From: Gammaproteobacteria bacterium | GTDB taxonomy: Bacteria; Pseudomonadota; Gammaproteobacteria; Arenicellales; JAJDZL01 | Direction of reading: 5' to 3' | NCBI GenBank assembly: GCA_022823405.1 | Contig: JAJDXD010000095.1 | Coordinates: 4,809 to 68,808 of the forward strand | DNA length: 64,000 nt | In this document: in pieces, positions 21,874 to 32,463 of the stretch | How the letters are laid out: every line of letters begins with the position of its first letter | Numbering within the stretch: position 1 is the first letter of the stretch | Made by a program: the position numbers and the translations under genes | Notes under the pieces: generated by a model | Told to the model about the DNA's origin: nothing | The model's input: only the letters and a program-made list of their open reading frames with translations | Databases searched by the model: none

Positions 21874-24369
21874 TCAGACAGCTTCTCGGGCTTCATACAC
21901 TTCAAGCATATCGTCGATATGAATATCGTGATAGTTCTTCAGTTGAATTCCGCACTCCAGGCCGGCTTTCACTTCGTTGACATCATTTTGAAACCGTCGC
22001 AACGAGTCAATTTGGCCGTTATGAATAATGACATTGTCTCGAACAACCCGTACCGGCAGTTTGTTTCGCACCGTCCCATCTTCCACATAACAGCCGGCAA
22101 CCGTGCCGATCTTGGAAAACTTGAAAACTTCCAGCACATTGGCAGTTGCAACCACTTCCTCAATGAAAGTGGGACCGACTTTATCCCTGATTGCAGCTAA
22201 TATGGAATCCAATGCCTCATAAATAATCGAACTGTATATCACCTGAATGTTGGTGGTGCTGATTAACTGTTTGGCGGTTGCCTCTGCTCTTACGTTAAAC
22301 GCCACAATCATGGCATTCGCAGCAATGGCCAGATTTACATCCGACTGGCTGATACCACCCACCATGGCATGAATCACTTTCACTTCAATCCGATCATTTG
22401 ACAGTTTGGTTACGGCATTCGCCAATGCTTCAGCAGAACCACTGACATCCGCTTTAACTAGAACATTAACTACTTTGGGATCGTCGGAGTCTCCGAACGA
22501 AAATTCAACTGGCGTTGCACTTCCAGTCGATCTGCCTGACAGCCTGAATTCAATTAACTGATTGGCCGAACGTTCATCGGGCGGACAGATAAACTCATCA
22601 CCCACTTCGGGTACTTTTGAAAATCCGGAAATTTCAATTGGAGTTGAAGGTTTGGCTTCTTTGACAACCTTTCCACGATAATCAGTGAGTTGTCGAATCT
22701 TACCCTTTTGCACACCGGCAACAATAATCTGCTTCGGGGTCAGTTTGCCTTTCTGGACCAGAACCGTAACAACCGCCCCGCGCCCCTTGTCAACCCGGGC
22801 TTCAATTACGACGCCGCTGGCTAATCCTTCAACTGGAGCTGTTAACGGTTCATCCATCAGGTCAGCCTGCAGCTGGATGCGCTCTAGCAAGTCGTCAATT
22901 CCGGTGTTCTTGAGTGCGGAAATCTCAACTACCTGTACATCGCCTCCCAAAGATTCAGTAATCACATCATGTTCAGTCAATTCGCGCAAAATCTTGCCTG
23001 GATTAGCGTTGTTCTTGTCGATCTTGTTGATTGCCACAATCATCGGGACTCCTGCAATTCTGGCATGATTAATGGCTTCCACCGTCTGTGGCATTACACC
23101 ATCGTCCGCAGCTACGACCAAAATGACGATATCGGTCGCCTTAGCACCACGAACACGCATCGCACTAAATGCCTCGTGACCCGGAGTATCAAGAAATGTA
23201 ATCTTGCCGCGGGGGGTCTCTACCATATAGGCACCGATATGCTGCGTAATTCCGCCTTTCTCCGATGCGGCCACCTTGGTCGATCGAATGCTATCCAAAA
23301 GTGTCGTCTTGCCATGATCGACGTGTCCCATCACTGCTACGACTGGCGGGCGAGGCAGATACTCGCGAGAATCGCTGTCGCGCCCCTTCAATTGTTCTTC
23401 AATGTCTTGACTTTCCTCTTCAACTGGAATGTGCCCAAGCCCTTCAACCAAAAGAGTGGCTGTATCACGGTCAATTGACCCGTTGATCGTAACCTGTAAA
23501 TTGAACTCTTCAATTAAATACTTCATGACATCGATCGCTTTGACCGACATCGCCTGGGCTAACTCCCGAATTGCATTGGTATCAGCAATGGAAACTGAAT
23601 GAACGATTTTCTGGCTGGGTGTCTGAAAGGTGTGTTGGGTGATACGATCATCCAATCTAGGCGCCTTCTTTCTTCGTTCCCGTTCCCTTCTAAGTTGCTC
23701 CCGGCCTTTTACAACATGCAGCTGTTTGCGCTCCTGTTTCTTTTCGGATTTGCGCTTCTGCTTTGTTCGCTTCGGTGATTCCGACTCTCCTTCTGCTATA
23801 AATTCAGGCTGGATTTCAGTGGGCTTCTCATCTTTGCTCTGCTCAGATTCGGCTTCAAGCTCTACTTCGGTTTGTGCAGATTCTTCTTCGGGTTCTTCCT
23901 GAGATTCTGGAGTCGCGGGTTCTGCCACCTCTTGTGGCTGCACATCGGTTTGTGTTGCATCTTCAACTACCTTTTCGACCGATTCAACGCTATCCGCAAC
24001 AATCTGTTCTGTCTCTTGTACTGGCTGCTCCTCTGGTATTGTTTCTTGAGCATCTGATTCCTCAGCTTCCTCTACTGTCTGAGGTGTAGGGATGGTCCTC
24101 GGTGCAAGCGTGTGCCCACCTTTAATTTCGACGACAATTTCATGCGCAGAACCTGTTCGTCTTTGGGGTTGAATTACCGACTGCCCAGTATGCTTGGGAA
24201 CCTGACGTACACGTCCTTGATACAGTTTCATCAAGAACTTGCGCTTATCTTGATCTGTCAGCTCACTTTCTTCGGTCTTATTGACGAAATCAGCTTCCTC
24301 TAGCATCGCGACAAGACGCTCGGTCGTAACATCCAACTGTGCAGCTAAATCTTTTACTTTAAATGCCAT
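21874..24369 (-). CDS. infB: Translation initiation factor IF-2
   Basis: [29 protein letters not shown]. Confidence 0.98.
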   Translation of the reverse strand: MAFKVKDLAAQLDVTTERLVAMLEEADFVNKTEESELTDQDKRKFLMKLYQGRVRQVPKHTGQSVIQPQRRTGSAHEIVVEIKGGHTLAPRTIPTPQTVEEAEESDAQETIPEEQPVQETEQIVADSVESVEKVVEDATQTDVQPQEVAEPATPESQEEPEEESAQTEVELEAESEQSKDEKPTEIQPEFIAEGESESPKRTKQKRKSEKKQERKQLHVVKGREQLRRERERRKKAPRLDDRITQHTFQTPSQKIVHSVSIADTNAIRELAQAMSVKAIDVMKYLIEEFNLQVTINGSIDRDTATLLVEGLGHIPVEEESQDIEEQLKGRDSDSREYLPRPPVVAVMGHVDHGKTTLLDSIRSTKVAASEKGGITQHIGAYMVETPRGKITFLDTPGHEAFSAMRVRGAKATDIVILVVAADDGVMPQTVEAINHARIAGVPMIVAINKIDKNNANPGKILRELTEHDVITESLGGDVQVVEISALKNTGIDDLLERIQLQADLMDEPLTAPVEGLASGVVIEARVDKGRGAVVTVLVQKGKLTPKQIIVAGVQKGKIRQLTDYRGKVVKEAKPSTPIEISGFSKVPEVGDEFICPPDERSANQLIEFRLSGRSTGSATPVEFSFGDSDDPKVVNVLVKADVSGSAEALANAVTKLSNDRIEVKVIHAMVGGISQSDVNLAIAANAMIVAFNVRAEATAKQLISTTNIQVIYSSIIYEALDSILAAIRDKVGPTFIEEVVATANVLEVFKFSKIGTVAGCYVEDGTVRNKLPVRVVRDNVIIHNGQIDSLRRFQNDVNEVKAGLECGIQLKNYHDIHIDDMLEVYEAREAV

Positions 24370-24406
24370 ATTCTCGAACCAAATTTATGCCATCTGTGCA
24401 TTTGCG

Positions 24407-25915
24407 TTATTGTTCCAATTGCTCAAACCAAGGGGCTCGTGCGCTCATAATGAGTTCTTTCGCCCGGTCTTCACTAATTCCGGGAATTTCAACCAACGTA
24501 AACGTATCCGCTTCCTGAAGTTCTTCCATCGTTCGAATCCCGTTCGCCGCCAGAATTTGAGCTGTTGTTTCATCCATGGCCTCGACCTCGTACAGCGTAT
24601 CGTCTGGAACATTTTCTTCAGATTGCTTAATCGCCTGAAACTCACGTTGCAACATTGCATCGGCTGCCCGACTCTGAATGTTGCTGACAAGATCTGCATC
24701 AAACTGTTCAATCTGCTCTAGAACATCGGGTTCTACACAGACAATATCCAAAAGCGTCGTGTAGTCATTCTGAATCAAGACCGTTGCAACATCTTCGTCA
24801 ACGTCCAACAAATCCATAAATTCGGTTGCAATTTTCTGAGCTTCTTCATTTAGTTTTTGTTCCTGCTCGTCACGAGTCATGATGTTTATTTCCCAGCCGG
24901 TCAACTGAGAGGCCAATCTGACATTTTGCCCAGCCCTACCAATGGCTTTCGATAGTTGAGACTCAGAAACAACCACATCGACAGCCTTGACATCTGGCTG
25001 GTTTGCAACAACTTTTTCAACAACGGCCGGTGCCAGTGCGTTGATGACAAATTGTGCAGCATTTGGACTCCATTCGACGATATCCACCCGTTCACCTGCG
25101 ATTTCCTTTGAGACGCTTTGCACTCTTGTGCCTCGGACACCAACGCAAGCACCAATCGGATCAAACTGCGCAGTGACCGCACGAACAGCAATTTTCGCCC
25201 GTAATCCCGGGTCTCGCGCGGCACTTCGAATTTCAATCAAACCCTCGCGCGTCTCGGGCACTTCCAGTTTGAAAAGTTCGATCAAAAGCTCTGGGCTGGT
25301 ACGATCTAGTATCAGCTGTGGGCCGCGCGGGTCTGACCTGACATCCTTAAGAATTGCTCTGACACGATCACCCTGACGAAAACCATCTTTGCTGATGCAA
25401 AACATTCTCGGCAACAATGCTTCAACGCCTTCTGTTTCAACGATGACATCGCCGCGATCAACCCGTCGAACAACGCCGGAGAGCATTGTTCCTTTGCGGG
25501 GAGCGAATTCTTTAAATACGCGATCCCGTTCTGCTTCACGAACTTTCTGCATCACCACCTGTCGCGTTGCGGCTGCTGAAATTCTGTCCGTCGCGCGCGA
25601 TGGGATGATGATTTCGACAAACTCACCCGCTTGTATTCCGGAATTTTTCTCCTTCGCTTCGGCAAGCGAAATCTGGCGCTCAGGAAACTCAATTTCTTCC
25701 TCGTCTTCAATGACTTCCCAGCGGCGATAAGTTTCATAGTCGCCGGTTTCCTGATCTATTGAGACCCGTGCATCACTTTCGTGCCCGAGTTTTCTTCGCG
25801 CGGCCAAGGCCAGTGCTGCTTCCAGTGCCTCAAAAATCACTTCTGGCGCCAAATTACGTTCGTCCGACAAAGCCTGAACAATTTGCGGTATGTAATTCGA
25901 ACTTACCATGATCAT
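24407..25915 (-). CDS. nusA: Transcription termination factor NusA
   Basis: S1 and KH motifs, ARDPGLRAK, GACVGVRG, AIGRAGQNVRLASQLTGW; true start may be 25909. Confidence 0.97.
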   Translation of the reverse strand: MIMVSSNYIPQIVQALSDERNLAPEVIFEALEAALALAARRKLGHESDARVSIDQETGDYETYRRWEVIEDEEEIEFPERQISLAEAKEKNSGIQAGEFVEIIIPSRATDRISAAATRQVVMQKVREAERDRVFKEFAPRKGTMLSGVVRRVDRGDVIVETEGVEALLPRMFCISKDGFRQGDRVRAILKDVRSDPRGPQLILDRTSPELLIELFKLEVPETREGLIEIRSAARDPGLRAKIAVRAVTAQFDPIGACVGVRGTRVQSVSKEIAGERVDIVEWSPNAAQFVINALAPAVVEKVVANQPDVKAVDVVVSESQLSKAIGRAGQNVRLASQLTGWEINIMTRDEQEQKLNEEAQKIATEFMDLLDVDEDVATVLIQNDYTTLLDIVCVEPDVLEQIEQFDADLVSNIQSRAADAMLQREFQAIKQSEENVPDDTLYEVEAMDETTAQILAANGIRTMEELQEADTFTLVEIPGISEDRAKELIMSARAPWFEQLEQ

Positions 25916-25923
25916 GCACCTCT

Positions 25924-26415
25924 TTAAATCACTTCATCGAGATTCGGTTTCAACCGGGCTCGACGTATGTTATTCATATCAATTTTGATTGTGGCTCCCT
26001 CTACGTCCACCTCTAGGGAATGGTCCGCCACAGTCAACAACTGACCTAATATCTTTCTTCGGCCATCGCACTTCACCAAGGTTGCGACCTCAATTCGTCT
26101 GCCAATGGCTTGCTCAAAGTGCTCCTTTTTAGCTAAGGGTCGTTCAATTCCTGGTGAAGAGACTTCAAGAGAATAATTTCCCTCAATCGGGTCTTCAACA
26201 TCAAGCAGGCTACTCACCTGCTGGCTGATAAAAACACAATCATCCAGGGTCACACCACCAGGAGCATCGATGTACAATCGCAACACTCGCGACTTCTCCC
26301 GGCCCATCAGTTCGAGATGAACCAGTTCATACCCGTAACTGTCTATGCTTTCTTCGAGCAGCTCGTAGAGTTTGTGCCTGAAATCACTTGCTTCGTTAAT
26401 CATGGCTCCAGTCAC
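25924..26415 (-). CDS. rimP: Ribosome maturation factor RimP
   Basis: LRLYID, DDC, LEVSSPGIERPL. Confidence 0.96.
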   Translation of the reverse strand: MTGAMINEASDFRHKLYELLEESIDSYGYELVHLELMGREKSRVLRLYIDAPGGVTLDDCVFISQQVSSLLDVEDPIEGNYSLEVSSPGIERPLAKKEHFEQAIGRRIEVATLVKCDGRRKILGQLLTVADHSLEVDVEGATIKIDMNNIRRARLKPNLDEVI

Positions 26416-26444
26416 AACATCTACGTTGCGTTCAAAATTCCACT

Positions 26445-26473
26445 AAACAAAAACCCCGCAGCAAGCGAGGTTT
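26445..26473 (-). promoter_or_regulatory. rimP-leader-like terminator hairpin
   Basis: Minus strand AAACCTCGC-ttgct-GCGGGGTTT followed by TTGTTT, ~30 bp before rimP; terminator-like hairpins ahead of rimP are known in proteobacteria. Confidence 0.55.
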
Positions 26474-26639
26474 CCCAATTCTCCAATTCGGAGACTATTT
26501 CTCCATGGGACCGTTGCTAACCGATACGGGATAACAACAGAACATTTACCACTACACGCAAATTATACACGTAGCAAAAAGTTAGTTTCGGCGAGATTTT
26601 GTGAGGATATTTCGCTGGGGCAAAATTATCGCTGAAGCA

Positions 26640-26950
26640 GGTCAACTAGCACTTAGTGTGGATGAACTGGAACGCCAGCAGTCTGTCAACATCACTGACC
26701 ATCGCCTAATTCGTCTGGGCTATCGCATTGAGGGAGGCTTCATCGGGAATCATGATCGGACAACCGGCATACCGATTACAGTACACATTTCGGCTTGCCA
26801 AAAAAATTTACCGTTACTAATGTCTGGCTTAATCGAAACCAACCGACTGTTAAACAACAGCAGCTATGATGCAGTGCTTACATACGCCAACTCTGATCGC
26901 CTTTGGTTTTGTGTTTGTTCATCCATTTGAAGACGGTAAACGAAAACTAT
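26640..26950 (+). pseudogene. Fic-family gene fragment, frameshifted
   Basis: One frame reads RLGYRIEGGFIGNHDRTTGIPITVHISA; after a frameshift near 26885 the next frame reads LIAFGFVFVHPFEDGKRK (degenerate HPFxDGNGR). No intact start or C-terminus. Confidence 0.8.
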
Positions 26951-27056
26951 CAATCACTAAGCAGTACGACCATTCTCAACTCGGACCGAATAACCTATTG
27001 TTCGATCAAGTTTATGGGGTAAACTTTCAACTAGCCTCGTACCTTCCGTTGTCGCA

Positions 27057-27111
27057 GTACAATTCACCTTCCCGGGTGAAATTCCTGATTCTCCTGAAAT
27101 CAGGATTGTAC
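27057..27111. other. Three-way-junction inverted-repeat element of unknown function
   Basis: Perfect stems GTACAA/TTGTAC, TTCACC/GGTGAA and TCCTGATT/AATCAGGA nested in 55 bp of intergenic DNA. Confidence 0.5.
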
Positions 27112-27287
27112 GGAGCTACCTTAATTGTCTACAGGTTTCTACTTCGAAATGGATCATAAGTTCGTATTCTTAGCTGGTAAGATTAATTGCTTCGATCCAA
27201 TTTCTTTTAAGACACTCTGTTAGACCTGATTTCTTAAAATTGGCGATTTACTTTTATCTCGCTTAGCGAACTTCAGTCAACGGTAGA

Positions 27288-28208
27288 TTGGTTCATCAAT
27301 TCATGCATTCAAATTCCACTTTAGCCCCTAGTATTGCTATTGCCATGAGTGGCGCAATTTGGGGAGTTTACTGGATTCCTATTCGCAAGCTCAACGATAT
27401 CGGTGTAACTCCTTCATGGGCCTCTCTGATCACAATCGGGTTGACTGCGATATTCTTCGTATTCCTGTTTGCTCGGCAGTTTATCAAAACAGGTCGTATA
27501 CCCTGGCACGTACTCATTACTGGATTATTGACCGGAATGTGCATAATCTTTTATGCGGTTTCGCTGGTACTGACCGAGGTAATTAAAACTGTTCTGCTCT
27601 TTTATCTAACTCCGGTTTGGAGCACGATTCTAGATCGGGTGGTGTTCAAGGAACAAATATCACCCTACCGGATCGTCGCAGTAATTTCAGGCATATCTGG
27701 CCTTGCCGTAATCCTCGGCGTAGCCGAAGGCATTCCAAAAATATCAAACCTTGGTGACCTTCTGGCTTTATTGTCCGGCATCTTCTGGGCTTTTGCCATG
27801 ATACGCGTCCGAAACAACAACAAAGCGGCGGTATGGGAACAAGTCGGTGCTTTCTATATTGGCGGTACGATCTTTGCCGCCATTTTCATTTTGTTTCCCG
27901 TAGAGCCTAATGCGGTTACTCCTAGCCTGCCAACACTCCATGAAGCGCTGTTTTGGCTGATAATTTTCATCGCTGCGTATCTACCATCAATGTATCTAAT
28001 GTTTTGGGGTGCTCAGCGACTCCCACCAGCGCGGGTAGGAATACTCATGATGACTGAAATAGTTTTTGGTGTAACTTCAGCAGCTTTGTTGTCGGGCGAG
28101 CCTTTTGGCTTGAAGGAAATGATCGGCATCATATTAATTCTGAGCGCTGCAATTATCGACGTATCCGACCGGTATTCAACTACCAGATCAGCTAACCGGT
28201 TGGATTGA
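27288..28208 (+). CDS. DMT (EamA-like) transporter
   Basis: ~10 hydrophobic segments, GAIWG start and LLFYLTPVWS motif; ATG at 27303 is an alternative start. Confidence 0.9.
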   Translation: MVHQFMHSNSTLAPSIAIAMSGAIWGVYWIPIRKLNDIGVTPSWASLITIGLTAIFFVFLFARQFIKTGRIPWHVLITGLLTGMCIIFYAVSLVLTEVIKTVLLFYLTPVWSTILDRVVFKEQISPYRIVAVISGISGLAVILGVAEGIPKISNLGDLLALLSGIFWAFAMIRVRNNNKAAVWEQVGAFYIGGTIFAAIFILFPVEPNAVTPSLPTLHEALFWLIIFIAAYLPSMYLMFWGAQRLPPARVGILMMTEIVFGVTSAALLSGEPFGLKEMIGIILILSAAIIDVSDRYSTTRSANRLD

Positions 28209-28212
28209 CATA

Positions 28213-29592
28213 TTACTTGTGCTCGACAGCTGATTCTTGCAGCATTTTACAAAGCGATAGCAGCAGATCCTCATCACCTGGTTTTGCAATCGCAAATACA
28301 CAAATCGGCAGCCCTTCCTTTGTTATACCGACTGGTAAGTTTGCAGTTGGAAATCCACTGACTGCGGCGATGTTGCACATTGAAGCATAATCTTGCCAAC
28401 CTGCTGAATTGTCTCCCTCCTGCAAATTTGATGGAACAGCACCGTACTTGAATGGTACACAACCGGTAGCCGATACTATCAATACATCGTAGGATATGAA
28501 AAATTCCCGCAGAAGCAACCTAAGTCCGTAGATCCGCTTTTGAGCCTCGATGTACTCCTGAGCGGATGTGTGTGCACCCTGATCAATCCATTCCGATGTG
28601 ACCGGTCCAAACCCGTCCGAATTCTGCTGCTGTTGATTGCAATGACTCGCATGCAGATTGGCACACTGAATCGTTTTCCACGCATCAATTGACTCCCTGA
28701 TTGGTGGTCGTTTGTACACCACGTTGCAATCAGCCGATTTCAATAATTTTTCGATTCTGCTAATCGCACTTCGATGATCATCATCACATGGAGCATTCCA
28801 CAAGGCATTCGTAAGCGCAACTGACAAACCTCGATTCGGACGCTCAATTGCGGCCAGGTAGTCTACGACAGGCATTCTGGCACTTAAAGGATCCACCTCG
28901 GAGTGCCCTGCGACAATATTCATCAAGAATGCTGTGTCAGCGACATCCTGTGTAATCAATGCAACACTCGCGAACATCAACCCGCGCGAGTAGATGGGCG
29001 TATGGGCAATTCGACCATAGCTTGGGACCAGCGTAAACATTCCGTTAAATGCCGCAGGTAACAAAACATTGCCACCCACATCCATCGCAATCGCAGCAGC
29101 AGCGAAATTTTTGAGAGTGCCAACCATCGCGCCAGATGTACCGCCACCACTGACAAAGCCATCACCCCACGGAGATCGGCATATAAACCGGTCCGCCTCT
29201 TCTTCCAGTATCAAGCCCAACTCGGATGTGCTGGCCTTACCTGGAAATAGAGCTCCAGCATCTCTCAATCGTCGAACGACAATCGATTCGACATCCGGCA
29301 CGTGATCAAAATAAGCTTCACACCCATAACTGGTTCTCATATTTGCGACATCTATCAGGTCGTCGATCAAAATGGGAATTCCATGCAATGGCCCCCGTGC
29401 TTCACCAGACTGAAGCATCTGATCTGCAGTTTCAGCAAGCAGTCTGAAACTGGTCTCGGAAAAAGTGGTTATCGCTTGATAGTAACCATTGTGCTGATGA
29501 ATCTCAGCGATGTACTGTTCCGCAAGTTCTGCGATGTTGATTTCACGTGCTTCAACCAAACAGTTCAGTTCGCGAACGGTTTTATCGATCAC
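28213..29592 (-). CDS. Amidase-signature family protein lacking the catalytic triad
   Basis: Fold motifs kept (GPLHGIP, PSYGRI, SGFPTANLPVG, GLPI) but Lys->Asp77, cis-Ser->Gly151 and Ser nucleophile->Asn175; GTG start overlaps the betA stop. Confidence 0.88.
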   Translation of the reverse strand: MIDKTVRELNCLVEAREINIAELAEQYIAEIHQHNGYYQAITTFSETSFRLLAETADQMLQSGEARGPLHGIPILIDDLIDVANMRTSYGCEAYFDHVPDVESIVVRRLRDAGALFPGKASTSELGLILEEEADRFICRSPWGDGFVSGGGTSGAMVGTLKNFAAAAIAMDVGGNVLLPAAFNGMFTLVPSYGRIAHTPIYSRGLMFASVALITQDVADTAFLMNIVAGHSEVDPLSARMPVVDYLAAIERPNRGLSVALTNALWNAPCDDDHRSAISRIEKLLKSADCNVVYKRPPIRESIDAWKTIQCANLHASHCNQQQQNSDGFGPVTSEWIDQGAHTSAQEYIEAQKRIYGLRLLLREFFISYDVLIVSATGCVPFKYGAVPSNLQEGDNSAGWQDYASMCNIAAVSGFPTANLPVGITKEGLPICVFAIAKPGDEDLLLSLCKMLQESAVEHK

Positions 29593-31271
29593 GCAAGAGC
29601 TCGCTCGGGTATTGATTCACGCTGATTGGTGCGCCATTCGACGGCACGGAAAACCGGTGCGTCTGACGGTGGCAAAGGTTTATTACCACGAATTTGGTCA
29701 GCCAGTTTTTCTGCCATCATAATGACTGTGGCGTTAAGGTTACCGCTAATTATGCTAGGCATGATTGATGCGTCGACTACGCGCAATTGTTCGGTGCCAT
29801 GAACGCGGCCGGAAGAATCAACGACAGCCATACTGTCAACACCCATTTTGCAGGTGCAGGAAGGGTGATAAGCACTTTCACACTTCGCACGAATAAATGC
29901 GTCAATTTCGCTGTCTGACTGAACTGATGGGCCGGGTGCAAGTTCTTCCCCGCGGTAGGGATCAAGTGCCTTTTGCGCAAAAATTTCCCGAGTCAGCTTT
30001 AGTCCATCACGGAACTCTCGCTGGTCCTGATCCGTTTGAAGATAGTTAAATAGAATTTCAGGTTTCGCTTTCGGATCAGCGGAAACTGTCTTCACATAAC
30101 CCCGGCTGGTGGGTCGCATGGGACCCATGTGAGCCTGAAATCCATGCCCTTTTGCCGGAGCCCGTCCATCGTAATTTGCAGCAACTGGCAAAAAGTGAAA
30201 TTGTATGTCTGGGTGATCAACACCCGATTGTGTGCGAATAAAGCCACCGGCTTCGAAGTGATTGGAAGTACCCCAGCCTTTCTTTGTAAACAACCACTGG
30301 AAAAGCACCATCGCCTGTTTGTGAATTTTAAGGGCTGGATACAGTGATATCGGCTCCTTACAGGCGTGCTGAACATAGACTTCGAGATGATCCTGAAGAT
30401 TCTGACCGACTCCTGGCAGATTAACAACAATTGGCACGTTGATTTTTTCCAGATCCTCAGCGGGTCCCACACCCGACAGATGGAGCAGTTGCACTGAGTT
30501 AACTACACCGCCACACAAAATCACTTCCCGTTCACAACGGACAGTTCTGACTTTATTTTGTTGAAATATTTCTACACCGACTGCTCGGTTTTTATCAAAT
30601 ACTACGCGCGTTGCGAATGTACGATGTTGGACATGTAAGTTACTTCGTGACATCGCTGGCTTCAGATATGCGTTTGCCGTGCTCCATCGAACCCCTTCAT
30701 TGACCGTCATATCCATGGTTCCAAAACCTTCCTGGCGATAGCCATTCTGGTCAGTTGTTGCTCCATAGCCCGCCTGCACACCCGCTTCAATAAATGCTTT
30801 GAACAGGGGGTTGTCAGCTGCAGGTGTGGTTACCACCAGCGGCCCACTGTCACCATGATAAGCATCGCCACCTGCTTTTCTGGTTTCAGATTTGATGAAA
30901 TAAGGAAGGCAGTGGGCGTATGACCACTCGGGGTCGCCGGTTTCCTCCGCCCAGCGATCATAGTCCAGTGCATTTCCCCGAACATAGCACATGCCATTAA
31001 TCGAAGACGACCCTCCTAACACTTTACCCCGAGGACAGTCTAATCTACGGTTATCAGCGTAAGGTTCGTGCAATGTTTTGTATGCCCAATTAAACCTTTC
31101 ACTATTGAGGGGTCGAGAGAATGCAGCCGGCATCTGCAATTCCCAACTGTTATCCTTCGGACCTGTTTCGATCAGCAAGACTGTGATCTGAGGGTCTTCA
31201 GTCAGTCGATTCGCCAGTACACAGCCTGCCGATCCAGCCCCTACAATCACGTAGTCAAATCGCTCACTCAT
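29589..31271 (-). CDS. betA: Choline dehydrogenase (GMC oxidoreductase)
   Basis: GAGSAG, RGKVLGGSSSINGMCYVRG, NLQDHLE, AYHPSCTCKMG, GNLNA; BetA-like throughout. Confidence 0.88.
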   Translation of the reverse strand: MSERFDYVIVGAGSAGCVLANRLTEDPQITVLLIETGPKDNSWELQMPAAFSRPLNSERFNWAYKTLHEPYADNRRLDCPRGKVLGGSSSINGMCYVRGNALDYDRWAEETGDPEWSYAHCLPYFIKSETRKAGGDAYHGDSGPLVVTTPAADNPLFKAFIEAGVQAGYGATTDQNGYRQEGFGTMDMTVNEGVRWSTANAYLKPAMSRSNLHVQHRTFATRVVFDKNRAVGVEIFQQNKVRTVRCEREVILCGGVVNSVQLLHLSGVGPAEDLEKINVPIVVNLPGVGQNLQDHLEVYVQHACKEPISLYPALKIHKQAMVLFQWLFTKKGWGTSNHFEAGGFIRTQSGVDHPDIQFHFLPVAANYDGRAPAKGHGFQAHMGPMRPTSRGYVKTVSADPKAKPEILFNYLQTDQDQREFRDGLKLTREIFAQKALDPYRGEELAPGPSVQSDSEIDAFIRAKCESAYHPSCTCKMGVDSMAVVDSSGRVHGTEQLRVVDASIMPSIISGNLNATVIMMAEKLADQIRGNKPLPPSDAPVFRAVEWRTNQRESIPERALA

Positions 31272-31319
31272 ACCTGAATCTCACATCATGTCCGGTCTGC
31301 GACACATCTACTATAGGAC

Positions 31320-32432
31320 TTACAAGACAAATTTAACCTGATCCAGTTTACCCCGACGCTCCAGTGCCAGCTCAATCAACCGATCAAGCAACTCGGCGTA
31401 TCCAATTCCACTCGCTTCCCACAGTTTTGGATACATGCTGATCGGAGTAAACCCGGGCATTGTATTGATTTCGCTGATATAGATATCAAAGCTGTCTCGA
31501 TCAACGAAAAAATCCACACGCGCCAACCCGGCAGCATCAATTGCCAAAAATGCCTCAATAGCATAGGCCTGAATTTTTCTGGTCACCTCTTCTGGAAGTT
31601 CTGCGGGAATGATTGAAGTTGAAACGCCATTAATGTACTTGTCCTCGTAGTCATAAAACTCACCACCTGGGACAATTTCGCCGACAACAGATGCCTGAGG
31701 ATCATCATTTCCAAGAATTGACACTTCGACTTCATGACAATGTTCCAAACCCTGCTCAACAATCAATTTGACATCGAACTCAGCAGCGTGGTCCATCGCC
31801 CATTTAAGCTCATCCCGAGTTTTGACTTTCGAAATTCCAACACTGGATCCCAGATTTGCCGGTTTGACAAACATTGGATAATTCAGATTTGATTCAATTT
31901 CGTCAACAACTGCCGTTCTGCTCGATTCCCATCTAGACTTCCGATAAACCCGATAGTCGGTCTGAGGAATATTTGTCGATGCAAAAACGGCTTTTGCGAC
32001 TGCCTTATCCATACCAACTGCAGACCCGGTCACACCAGATCCGACATAGGCAATCCCGGCAATTTCCATTAATCCCTGCACGGTACCGTCTTCTCCAAAC
32101 GGTCCATGTAACACTGGGAAGATGACATCAATATTTGACAGCGACGGAGTAACGTTCTCAGCAGAGTCGCGCATTACGATCTGGCCGGTGGTGGTGTAGT
32201 CGAGGCTGACCCCTGTTTTCCCTGCCGGGTTTACTTCTTTGGTTTTTAGCGCAGGTGCACTTTCGTCGGCTAGCAGCCACTCTCCCGTTTTAGCAATTCC
32301 GATCATGGTGATTTCGTACTTCCTGGAATCAAGGGCTTCACAGATGCAACGGGCAGAAGTAATGGAAACTTCGTGCTCACAGGACTTACCGCCATAGAGT
32401 AAGCCGATATGAATTTTGTTTTCGATGTTCAT
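31320..32432 (-). CDS. ddl: D-alanine--D-alanine ligase (DdlA type)
   Basis: YGGKSCEHEVS, LHGPFGEDG, KPANLGSSVG, omega loop FYDYEDKY, EINTMPG; start placed at ATG 32432 (track start 32501 overlaps the upstream gene). Confidence 0.95.
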   Translation of the reverse strand: MNIENKIHIGLLYGGKSCEHEVSITSARCICEALDSRKYEITMIGIAKTGEWLLADESAPALKTKEVNPAGKTGVSLDYTTTGQIVMRDSAENVTPSLSNIDVIFPVLHGPFGEDGTVQGLMEIAGIAYVGSGVTGSAVGMDKAVAKAVFASTNIPQTDYRVYRKSRWESSRTAVVDEIESNLNYPMFVKPANLGSSVGISKVKTRDELKWAMDHAAEFDVKLIVEQGLEHCHEVEVSILGNDDPQASVVGEIVPGGEFYDYEDKYINGVSTSIIPAELPEEVTRKIQAYAIEAFLAIDAAGLARVDFFVDRDSFDIYISEINTMPGFTPISMYPKLWEASGIGYAELLDRLIELALERRGKLDQVKFVL

Positions 32433-32463
32433 TTTTAGTGCGATTGGAGAGTATTGCCTTTCT

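Noticed and set aside
23780-24080. Glu/Gln-rich low-complexity stretch in infB
   Set aside because: The IF-2 N-terminal linker is normally variable and acidic or charged; not a repeat array.
26530-26560. GCGTGTAGTGGTAA on the minus strand, faintly like a tRNA 5' end
   Set aside because: No anticodon arm, T-loop or acceptor pairing follows.
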